From NCBI GenBank assembly GCA_035545355.1, contig DASZYM010000118.1, positions 1 to 44,261 on the forward strand: DNA of 44,261 nucleotides. The letters are read 5' to 3'. Of this stretch, positions 37,076-44,261 are shown piece after piece (the stretch's first letter is position 1; every line of letters starts with the position of its first letter). The DNA comes from Dongiaceae bacterium (GTDB taxonomy: Bacteria > Pseudomonadota > Alphaproteobacteria > Dongiales > Dongiaceae). Position numbers and translations under genes: made by a program. The notes beneath the pieces were generated by a model. That model made no database searches, was not told where the DNA came from, and saw nothing but the letters and a program-made list of their open reading frames with translations.

Positions 37076-38626
37076 TCAGTTGGCGAACTTCACCGTGGTC
37101 ATCGCGTTCATCAGGAGGGGGTACCAGGCGAGCGGGCTGACCTTCACGTCCTGTACCTTCTTCTGCGCGGCCACGTAGACGTTCTCCCAATAGAGCGGAA
37201 GAACCGCGACGTCCTTCACCAGGATGTCCTGCGACACCTGCTGGCTGAGCTTCTCATAGGCGTCCCGGTCGGTCGTCTGGCCCATCTTCGCGACCAGGGC
37301 GTCCACCTCGTCGGACTTGTAGGTCCGGACGTCCTTCTGCTGCGGCGTCGGGGCCAGCCGGCTCAGCCAGCGGTCGCGATACATCGCCATCGCGGTCGAG
37401 CGGCCGCTGGTGTTGAAATAGAGCACGTCCCACTGGTACTTCGCCACCTCGGCCGGCGCCGCTTCGGGTGCCAGGCACTGCACCTGGGCGTCATAGCCAT
37501 GCGCCTTCAGGTCCGACTGAAGCGCGGTCGCGAGATCGCAGAGATACGGCCGCTCATAGACCAGGAGCTTGATCGGATCGCCCTTGTTGATCCCGCCCTT
37601 GGCCAGCAGCGCGGCGCCCTTGTCGGGATCGTAGGGCCAGACCTTGATGTCGGGATCGTAGCCGAGCTGCCAGGGCGGCAGGATCTGGCTCGCGACCTCG
37701 CCCGCCCCGCCGACGATGGCAGGCACGTATTTCTGCGCGTTCCAGAAATAGGCGAGGCCCTGGCGCACCGCCAGGGCGTCCTTGTAGCCGCCGTTCCGCG
37801 CCTTCTCCATGTTCAGATAGCCCTGGATCAGCGTGTTGCCGGGCACATGGTAGACGTCGAGGTCGGGATTCGATTTCAGCGAATCCAGCGCATACATCGA
37901 CACGTCGTTGTGGAGCATGTCGACGCCGCCGTTCTGCAGCTCGAGCGCCGCCACCTGCGGATCGGGGATATAGCGGAACACCACATGGGCGAAGGGCGGC
38001 TTGCCGCGCCAATAGCCGTCGAAGCGCTTGAAGCTGGTGCGGTCGCCGACGACACGGCTGTCCCATTCATAAGGACCGGTCCCGATCGGGTGCTCCTTGT
38101 CGAAATGATCCATGTCCTGGATGAAAAAGGTATCGGTGAACAGCGTATAGAACTCCGCGTCCGGCGACTTCACCGTGAAGATCACCTTGTAGTCGCCGTC
38201 GGCCTTGTAGGAGACCACGCTTCCGAGATCGGAGGCCAATTCGGAGGCGTTCTTCGGATCGCGAATGGCGTCCAGGCAGGCGACCACGTCCTTGGCGGTG
38301 AAGGTCTTTCCGTCCTGGAACTTGACGCCCTCGCGAAGAGTGAAGGTCCAGGTCTTCAGGTCCGCCGAAGGCTCGGCCTTTACCGCCAGCGAGGGTACCG
38401 AGTTCCCCTTCTCGTCGGTCGTGAACAGCGCGTCATAGACCGTGCTGCCCATGATGGTGCGGGAAATGAACTCGCGGTTATTGAGGAAGTCTGCGGTCCG
38501 CAGGTCCGCGGACAGGCCGATCGTGATCGTGTCGTCGTCCGCGTTGGCCTTGAGATCGGCCAGGAATTGCGATCCGAGCGCCAGGATCGCGACGAGAAGC
38601 ACTTTGCGTAAGCCGAACGATCTCAC
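37076..38626 (-). CDS. Peptide/nickel ABC substrate-binding protein (family 5)
   Basis: Signal peptide, PSLA, WTFTLREGVKFQDG..FTA.DV, PIGTGPY. Start GTG 38626 after GGAGGAG. Confidence 0.93.
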   Translation of the reverse strand: MRSFGLRKVLLVAILALGSQFLADLKANADDDTITIGLSADLRTADFLNNREFISRTIMGSTVYDALFTTDEKGNSVPSLAVKAEPSADLKTWTFTLREGVKFQDGKTFTAKDVVACLDAIRDPKNASELASDLGSVVSYKADGDYKVIFTVKSPDAEFYTLFTDTFFIQDMDHFDKEHPIGTGPYEWDSRVVGDRTSFKRFDGYWRGKPPFAHVVFRYIPDPQVAALELQNGGVDMLHNDVSMYALDSLKSNPDLDVYHVPGNTLIQGYLNMEKARNGGYKDALAVRQGLAYFWNAQKYVPAIVGGAGEVASQILPPWQLGYDPDIKVWPYDPDKGAALLAKGGINKGDPIKLLVYERPYLCDLATALQSDLKAHGYDAQVQCLAPEAAPAEVAKYQWDVLYFNTSGRSTAMAMYRDRWLSRLAPTPQQKDVRTYKSDEVDALVAKMGQTTDRDAYEKLSQQVSQDILVKDVAVLPLYWENVYVAAQKKVQDVKVSPLAWYPLLMNAMTTVKFAN

Positions 38627-38796
38627 GGTATCTCCTCCCTTTGTGCTTTGCCGTCTTTCGCGGCTCGACCTGAACTGTCCGATTGGATTGCCGGGACAGG
38701 CCTTGTGGCCCCGCACCGGCGGCAGCGGTCTTTTTATGATTACGGGAGTCTGAAAGCCGGATCGTCCCAAGTCCATGTCGCCGACCTGGGGTTTTT

Positions 38797-38813
38797 ATTC
38801 GCTCGCGCCTAAT
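38797..38813 (-). promoter_or_regulatory. Candidate LysR site upstream of the dpp-type operon
   Basis: Minus strand ATTAG-gcgcgag-CGAAT, one mismatch from ATTAG-N7-CTAAT. Confidence 0.5.
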
Positions 38814-38930
38814 AGAAGTGCGGCGCCAGGCCGGTTTTCGGCGTGGCATTTCAGATGGTCGCGATGCGCCGGGCGAGTCGGAAGGATCGGCGAGCCGCGT
38901 GCCGGAGACGCGAAAAGCACCTTACCCGTC

Positions 38931-38950
38931 ATTAGTCGGTATCTAATCAA
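38931..38950 (+). promoter_or_regulatory. Candidate LysR site upstream of the enolase-family gene
   Basis: ATTAG-tcggtat-CTAAT(CAA), a T-N11-A dyad. A second CTAAT lies 22 bp downstream. Confidence 0.65.
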
Positions 38951-39073
38951 CTTTCATTCCGAGCCTAATGGCGGCCAGGGACGCACTGGAAAATAATCGC
39001 CCGGACAACGGCCAGAGCGGAGCGGCAGGATCGCCGTTCCGAACGTGCAACGAGAAATACGAGTGGGAGCTCC

Positions 39074-40252
39074 ATGAAAGTCGAACGGATCGAGATTTTC
39101 ATCACCAATCTGCCGTCGCGCTATATGCGACGCACGGCGGGCTCCAGCTCCGACACCGGAGCGTCCGGTGACGTCATGGGCAAGCCGATCCTGGTCAAGA
39201 TCCATGCCGAAGGCGTGATCGGCTATGGTCAGGTCCGTCCGACGGGCCGCAATCATTTTCTGCCGGACACCTCTCTCAGCGTGCTCGCGACCATCCGCGA
39301 CTATTACGGACCGCGCCTGATCGGCGCGGACCTCGAGGACATCGAGCTGCTCTGGGCGGACTTCGATCGGATCCTGCCGCGCAACGGCGCCGCGCGCGCG
39401 GTGCTCGACTACGCGATCCATGACGCGCTGGGCAAGAAGCTCGGCGTCCCGGTCCACACGCTGCTGGGCGGCCGGGCTCAACCGGTGATCCCGCTGGAAT
39501 GGTCGGTCAGCCTGGCCGACAGCCACGCCGAACTGATCGTCGACTGCCGTCGCGCGATCGACGAGTTCGGCATAAAGAACCTGTCTCTCAAGGCCGGCGG
39601 GCCCGACGGCTGGCGCGCCGACGTCGAGATGGTCGCGGCGGTCCGGAAGGCGGTCGGCTCCGACATCATCCTCGGACTCGACGCGAACATGGGCTGGACG
39701 GTGCCCGAGGCGATCCGCGCGCTGAAGGCGATGCTCGACTACGACATCAGCTATGTCGAGCAGCCGATCCCGGCGCACGACATGCGGGGCCTGGCCCTGG
39801 TGCGACAGGCGGTGGGCGGCGTCGATATCATCGCCGACGAAGGCATCCACGACGCACATGACGTGGTCGCGGTCGCCGAGGCGGGAGCCGCCGACGCCGT
39901 CTGCCTGAAGCTGGTCAAGGTCGGCGGCATGCACCAGGCGCGCAAGATCACGGCCGTAGCCGAAGCATGCAACCTGCGCGTCAATCTCGGCGGCACCGCC
40001 ATCATGTCGCAGATCGAGGCCGCGGCGATTGCACACTATTATACGTCCGTCCCTGCCCGATCGATGCTCGCCGGCGGCGAGTTCGTCTTCGGTCTCGGTG
40101 GCGTGCTGAAGGATCCGCTGGTGCCCGAAACCGACTTCGTCATCGGTCGCGGCGAGGTCGCCGTGCCGATGGGTCCGGGACTAGGCATAACCATCGATGA
40201 GTCGGCTCTCGCGGCGCACACGCTGCAAAAGGACGCGGTGAAGACCCGCTAG
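39074..40252 (+). CDS. Enolase superfamily enzyme, muconate-lactonizing-enzyme / dipeptide-epimerase subgroup
   Basis: DYAIHDALGKKLGVPV..LLGG, SLKAG (catalytic Lys), DAN, EQP and ADE metal ligands, LKLVKVGG, P.GPGLG. Confidence 0.9.
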   Translation: MKVERIEIFITNLPSRYMRRTAGSSSDTGASGDVMGKPILVKIHAEGVIGYGQVRPTGRNHFLPDTSLSVLATIRDYYGPRLIGADLEDIELLWADFDRILPRNGAARAVLDYAIHDALGKKLGVPVHTLLGGRAQPVIPLEWSVSLADSHAELIVDCRRAIDEFGIKNLSLKAGGPDGWRADVEMVAAVRKAVGSDIILGLDANMGWTVPEAIRALKAMLDYDISYVEQPIPAHDMRGLALVRQAVGGVDIIADEGIHDAHDVVAVAEAGAADAVCLKLVKVGGMHQARKITAVAEACNLRVNLGGTAIMSQIEAAAIAHYYTSVPARSMLAGGEFVFGLGGVLKDPLVPETDFVIGRGEVAVPMGPGLGITIDESALAAHTLQKDAVKTR

Positions 40253-40277
40253 CCGCCGCCCGCTCCGCGCGGCGGCT

Positions 40278-40297
40278 ATTAGGGGGAAGCTAATCAA
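40278..40297 (+). promoter_or_regulatory. Candidate LysR site upstream of tctCBA
   Basis: ATTAG-ggggaag-CTAAT(CAA), with arms identical to the 38931 site. Confidence 0.65.
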
Positions 40298-40434
40298 AAC
40301 CGCAGACCGCCCAAATGACGGGGACAACGGCGCCGCCTAATATGACTTTCGGCGGCGCGCGAAAATGTCTTTGTTCGCGCACATGCCTGGGACAAAGGGA
40401 GGCCGGTCTACGGTCCCCATACGGAGGAAATCGG

Positions 40435-41508
40435 ATGCACCAAGATCGCATCACAGGGGATTCTCTCGTCTGGCAAGCACCGCATTCGCCGAAGAAGGCC
40501 TGGGCCTCGCTTGCCTCCAGGTCGGGCGCGGTCACGCTGCTCTCCGCCGTTGCGCTGATAGCGGGCGCCTGCTCCAAGCAAGACAACGGGGACTCGGACG
40601 CCGCCTGGAAGAGCAAGGGGATCGACTGGCTGGTCGCCTCCAGCGCCGGCGGCGCGACCGACACGGTGACCCGCCAGGTGCAGCCCTATATGTCCCGCAT
40701 CCTGGGCATGGACATGCGGGTCGAGAACAAGAGCGGCGGCTCGAACACCGCCGCGGGCGCGCCGGTCAAGCGCGACACGACCTGCAACACCATCGTGACC
40801 TGGACCATTCCGGCGCTGGTCCTGAGCACCATGGTTCAGAAGGTCGATTACAGCTATTCCGATTTCTATCCGCTCGGCCAGATCGCCGCCGATCCTTCGG
40901 CGATCATCGTCGGCCTGCAGACGCCCTACAAGACGATGCAGGACCTGGTGAACGACGCGAAGGCGCATCCGGGCGAAATCACCGTCGCCATCGGATCGCC
41001 CGGCAGCGATCTCGCCCACATCATCAACATCGAGAACGCCGCCGGGGTCAAATTCAACATCGTCCCGCTCGGCGGCGGCACGCAGGCCCGGAATGCGGTC
41101 ATCGGCGGGCAGGCCCCGATGACCGAAGCCGGCGTCTATGCCAGCCAGAACATCGCCTCGCAGGTGCGCTACCTGGCGATCCAGGCGGACAAGAATCCCC
41201 GCCCGGATCTCACCCAGAATGCGCCGACCCTGACCGAGGCGCTCAATGGGGCGAAGAGCGACCCCCAGGTTTCGGGCCAGGGACTGTTCGTCTCCAAGGC
41301 ATGCCACGACCAGCATCCGGACCGCTTCAAGCAGCTCGCCGACGCCCTGAAGTCCTCGATGGAGGATCCGAATTTCGAGGCGACGGTGAAGAAGCTCAAC
41401 GCCGTGGGCTACTACGAGTATATCGGTCCGGACGACTACAACACGCAGATCACCAACTCCATCCCCGGCCTGCAGTCGTTCTACGACCAGAATATGAAGG
41501 GCAAATAA
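40435..41508 (+). CDS. tctC: Tripartite tricarboxylate transporter binding protein (TctC/Bug), probable lipoprotein
   Basis: SAGGATD..TR, VENKSGG, DF.PL.Q, PY.T..DLV..AK.HPG, VP..GG; IAGAC lipobox-like motif. Start ATG 40435 after GGAGG. Confidence 0.85.
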   Translation: MHQDRITGDSLVWQAPHSPKKAWASLASRSGAVTLLSAVALIAGACSKQDNGDSDAAWKSKGIDWLVASSAGGATDTVTRQVQPYMSRILGMDMRVENKSGGSNTAAGAPVKRDTTCNTIVTWTIPALVLSTMVQKVDYSYSDFYPLGQIAADPSAIIVGLQTPYKTMQDLVNDAKAHPGEITVAIGSPGSDLAHIINIENAAGVKFNIVPLGGGTQARNAVIGGQAPMTEAGVYASQNIASQVRYLAIQADKNPRPDLTQNAPTLTEALNGAKSDPQVSGQGLFVSKACHDQHPDRFKQLADALKSSMEDPNFEATVKKLNAVGYYEYIGPDDYNTQITNSIPGLQSFYDQNMKGK

Positions 41509-41573
41509 GGCGTATCGCTGGACTCACGCGCCCGCATGCACGACCTTTCGGTGCGGTGAGCGGAGGATTTCCG

Positions 41574-42020
41574 ATGAATCGCTATTCGACACTGATTCCG
41601 ATCCTGGTTCTGCCGGTTATCATCTGTGTCTACCTCGTGCTGTTCTGGAACAGCGTGAAGGACATGGCGATCACGTCGGCCGGGTATCCGAAGCTGCTGA
41701 TCGTCATGATCGCCTGCCTGCTTCCCTTCGTGCTCGGGCGCGAGGTGATCGCCTGGCGGCGCAGCCATGCCGCCGACGTTTCGTGGCGCGCGCTCTGGCG
41801 CGACTGGAACAAGGTCGTCTATGCCGCCGTCGCGCTGATCGCCTATATCGTCCTGCTCGATCCGCTCGGGGCCTATGTGAGCTCGTTCCTGTTCGTCGTG
41901 GGACTGGCTTTCGCGCTGGGTTGCCGCCGGCCGCTGGTGCTCGCGGGTCTGGGCGGCGGGACGCTGCTGCTGATCCTCGTCTTCGCCGGCGCGCTCGGCG
42001 TCGAGCTCCCCGGGACATGA
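41574..42020 (+). CDS. tctB: Tripartite tricarboxylate transporter small membrane subunit
   Basis: About 148 aa with 4-5 TM segments, YP.LL, LLDPLG, LGVELP. Lies between tctC and tctA; GGAGG RBS. Confidence 0.85.
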   Translation: MNRYSTLIPILVLPVIICVYLVLFWNSVKDMAITSAGYPKLLIVMIACLLPFVLGREVIAWRRSHAADVSWRALWRDWNKVVYAAVALIAYIVLLDPLGAYVSSFLFVVGLAFALGCRRPLVLAGLGGGTLLLILVFAGALGVELPGT

Positions 42021-42076
42021 GCGCGTCGTTCCGGCACGCGGCCACGATCGAACATGCAGACTGAGGAAGGCGTGCG

Positions 42077-43678
42077 ATGGAGACACTCCATGGCCTGGCG
42101 GCCGGCTGGGATCTGATCGCGACGCCGACCGGGTTGATGGCGATGGTCATCGGCCTGACGGTCGGCTTCATCGCCGGCGTGCTGCCCGGATTTTCCGGCC
42201 CGAATGCGGCCGCGTTGCTGCTGCCGATCTCGCTGCATTATCCGCTGGAGATCGCGCTCGCGCTCATCATCTCGATCTATGCCGGCACCACCTTCGGCGG
42301 GACCATCCCCGCGATCCTGATCAACGTGCCGGGTGAAGGAGGCGCCGCCGCGACGGCACTCGATGGACATCCGATGGCCAAAGCCGGGAAGGCGCAGCTG
42401 GCGATCGGCATCGCCCGGATGGCCTCGGTGCTGGGAGGCGTCATCGGCGTGGGTATCGCCATCGTCCTGATCCATCCGATCTCGGCGATCGCGATCCGGA
42501 TCGGACCGCCGGAGCTCTTCATCGCATCGATGATCGGCGTCACGGTCTGCGCCACGCTGATCGGCGACAACGTGGCGAAAGGCCTGACCGTGGCCTTCCT
42601 CGGCATGCTGATCTCGGCGATGTCGGTCGGGCCGATCAGCGCGGAGCCGCGGCTGGATTTCGGCATTCCCGAGCTCTACGACCAGATCCCCCTGGTCGCC
42701 GCCGTGGTCGGCATCTTCGCCTTGAGCGAGATGATGCTGTTGCCCAAACAGATGGCAGAGTCGAGCGGCCAAGCGGATTACGTCGCGGCCGACCAGCGGC
42801 CGCAATCTACGCATTGGACGGGCAAGTTGCTCCGCCTGCTCGGCCTCGACAATGTCCCCGAGATCGTGCGCGGCGTGCGTGTCACGCTCGGCTATCCCTG
42901 GGCGGTCCTGCAAGGCTCGCTGATCGGGCTGCTGATCGGCACGGTGCCCGGGATCGGCTCCAGCGTCTCCAACCTGGTAGCCTATGGCGCGGCCAAGCGA
43001 TGGGCAAAGGACAAGTCGCGGTTCGGCAAGGGCCACCCCGTGGGCATCATCGCCTCGGAGGCCTCCGACAATGCGCTGGCTGGAGGCAGCCTCATACCGA
43101 CGCTGACGCTCGGCATTCCGGGCAACGCGACCTCGGCGGTGATGCTGGCCGCGCTCTATCTCTACGGCATCCAGCCCGGGCCGCAATTCATGTCGGCGCA
43201 TCCCGGCGAAGCCTATGCCGTGCTGCTCGCAGCCTTCTGCTCGAGCGTGCTGATCCTGCCGCTCGGCATCGTGCTGTCGTCGCCGCTGATCTACTTCACC
43301 AAGATCAAGATGCCGATCCTGGTGCCGGCCACGATGCTGATCTCGGTCATCGGCGCCTATGCGACGAATGCCTCGATGTTCGACGTCTCGGTGGCGCTTG
43401 CCTTCGGGCTGCTGACCTTGCTGCTGCGCATCTTCAACTACCCGATCATCCCGCTCTTCCTCGGGCTGATCCTCGGCCCGCTGGCGGAGAACAACTTCGT
43501 CCGCTCGCTCGCGCTCGCGCGGTATCACGCCGACATCTTCTGGCAATCGACGCCGTCGAAGGTCCTGCTGGCGGTGCTGGCCGGGCTGCTCGCCACCGGG
43601 ATCGCCCGCAACCTTCGGCGCCGCCCGACCGAAGAGCGCGCCGAGGGGCACGAAGGCATCGCCGCGACGCCGGACTGA
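42077..43678 (+). CDS. tctA: Tripartite tricarboxylate transporter large permease
   Basis: G.LPG, YAG..FGG.IPAILINVPG, ATALDGHPMA..G, SEASDNA, IPTLTLGIPG, PGP. Confidence 0.93.
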   Translation: METLHGLAAGWDLIATPTGLMAMVIGLTVGFIAGVLPGFSGPNAAALLLPISLHYPLEIALALIISIYAGTTFGGTIPAILINVPGEGGAAATALDGHPMAKAGKAQLAIGIARMASVLGGVIGVGIAIVLIHPISAIAIRIGPPELFIASMIGVTVCATLIGDNVAKGLTVAFLGMLISAMSVGPISAEPRLDFGIPELYDQIPLVAAVVGIFALSEMMLLPKQMAESSGQADYVAADQRPQSTHWTGKLLRLLGLDNVPEIVRGVRVTLGYPWAVLQGSLIGLLIGTVPGIGSSVSNLVAYGAAKRWAKDKSRFGKGHPVGIIASEASDNALAGGSLIPTLTLGIPGNATSAVMLAALYLYGIQPGPQFMSAHPGEAYAVLLAAFCSSVLILPLGIVLSSPLIYFTKIKMPILVPATMLISVIGAYATNASMFDVSVALAFGLLTLLLRIFNYPIIPLFLGLILGPLAENNFVRSLALARYHADIFWQSTPSKVLLAVLAGLLATGIARNLRRRPTEERAEGHEGIAATPD

Positions 43679-43700
43679 CGTGACCCTTCGCAGCCGGACC

Positions 43701-44261
43701 TCAGGCCGCGAGCGATGTCGCTATCTCGCCGACGATGTATCGGCCGATCGGCAGCGCAGAGGTCGCGGCCGGCGACGGCGCGTTGCAGACATGCGTGGTG
43801 CGCCGCGTGCGCCGGATGAGAAAGTCATGGACCAGCGATCCATCCGCCATGACCGCCTGCGCGCGAACGCCCGCGGGGTGCGGCAAGAGGTCGTCCCGGC
43901 TCAGATCCGGGCAGTATTTCCGGCATTCCGCGAGGTAGCGCTGCTGCAGCAGCGAGTTGGCGAGCTCGGTCGCGGCGGGCCGGGCGTATCGCGTGATCAG
44001 ACGCCAGAAGCCCGGGAACCGCGCCATATCGAGGAGATCGGACCCGCTGACGTCGGACCAGCCATACCCTTCGCGCGCCAGAGCAAGCACCGCATTGGGG
44101 CCCACCGTGACGCAGCCGGAAATCATGCGCGTCAGGTGGATCCCCAGGAACGGCATTTCGGGATCCGGCACGGGATAGATCAGGTGCTCCACGACGCCGT
44201 TCCGTCGCTCGGCCAGGCGATAATATTCGCCGCGGAACGGGACGATGCGGAAGTCCTCTCC
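43701..44261 (-). CDS. lhgO: L-2-hydroxyglutarate oxidase, C-terminal part; start lies outside the window
   Basis: Frame is open to the window edge: FRIVPFRGEYY...HLIYPVPDP.MPFLGIHLTRMI.G.VTVGPNAV, AGVRAQAV..DG.LVHDF, HVCNAPSPAATSALPIG. Confidence 0.9.
   Translation of the reverse strand, partial: GEDFRIVPFRGEYYRLAERRNGVVEHLIYPVPDPEMPFLGIHLTRMISGCVTVGPNAVLALAREGYGWSDVSGSDLLDMARFPGFWRLITRYARPAATELANSLLQQRYLAECRKYCPDLSRDDLLPHPAGVRAQAVMADGSLVHDFLIRRTRRTTHVCNAPSPAATSALPIGRYIVGEIATSLAA

Noticed and set aside
38627-38790. Riboswitch in the long leader of the dpp-type operon
   Set aside because: No recognisable aptamer consensus (cobalamin, TPP, SAM, FMN, glycine). An Rfam scan would be needed.
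39074-40252. catB (catechol ortho-cleavage)
   Set aside because: No catA or catC is present, and the KxK motif reads SxK. Only subgroup membership is supported.

Overview
High-GC, gene-dense window, probably from an alphaproteobacterium (inferred from an alpha-type LexA box and a Rhizobiales/Rhodospirillales-style REP element). No rRNA, tRNA, CRISPR, transposase or integrase was recognised. It holds five accessory metabolic or envelope modules. (1) 1-5822: a TetR-linked operon joining a TftD/TcpA-like two-component flavin monooxygenase to a NicX-type 2,5-dihydroxypyridine dioxygenase, an alpha/beta hydrolase and an amidase; this is a candidate new hydroxypyridine catabolic route. (2) 5884-17342: a LacI regulon marked by three copies of TTTGGAACGTTCCAAA. 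It couples a TIM-barrel epimerase/lyase, a Zn-dehydrogenase and three Gfo/Idh/MocA enzymes (one levoglucosan-dehydrogenase-like) to a polyamine-type ABC importer. The gap between its convergent halves holds a 4x56-bp REP-like array and an orphan promoter with a LexA box. (3) 17954-23156: LysR with cysJI and a 1-Cys peroxiredoxin. (4) 23338-31049: an envelope module with two COG4705/DUF347 paralogues, an ABC-2 exporter, a GT-C glycosyltransferase and a methyltransferase. (5) 31046-44261: a LysR regulon (ATTAG-N7-CTAAT sites) with a Dpp-type ABC importer, an MmgE/PrpD enzyme, an enolase-superfamily enzyme and a TctCBA transporter, next to a partial lhgO. All family assignments come from reading motifs by eye; no searches were run.
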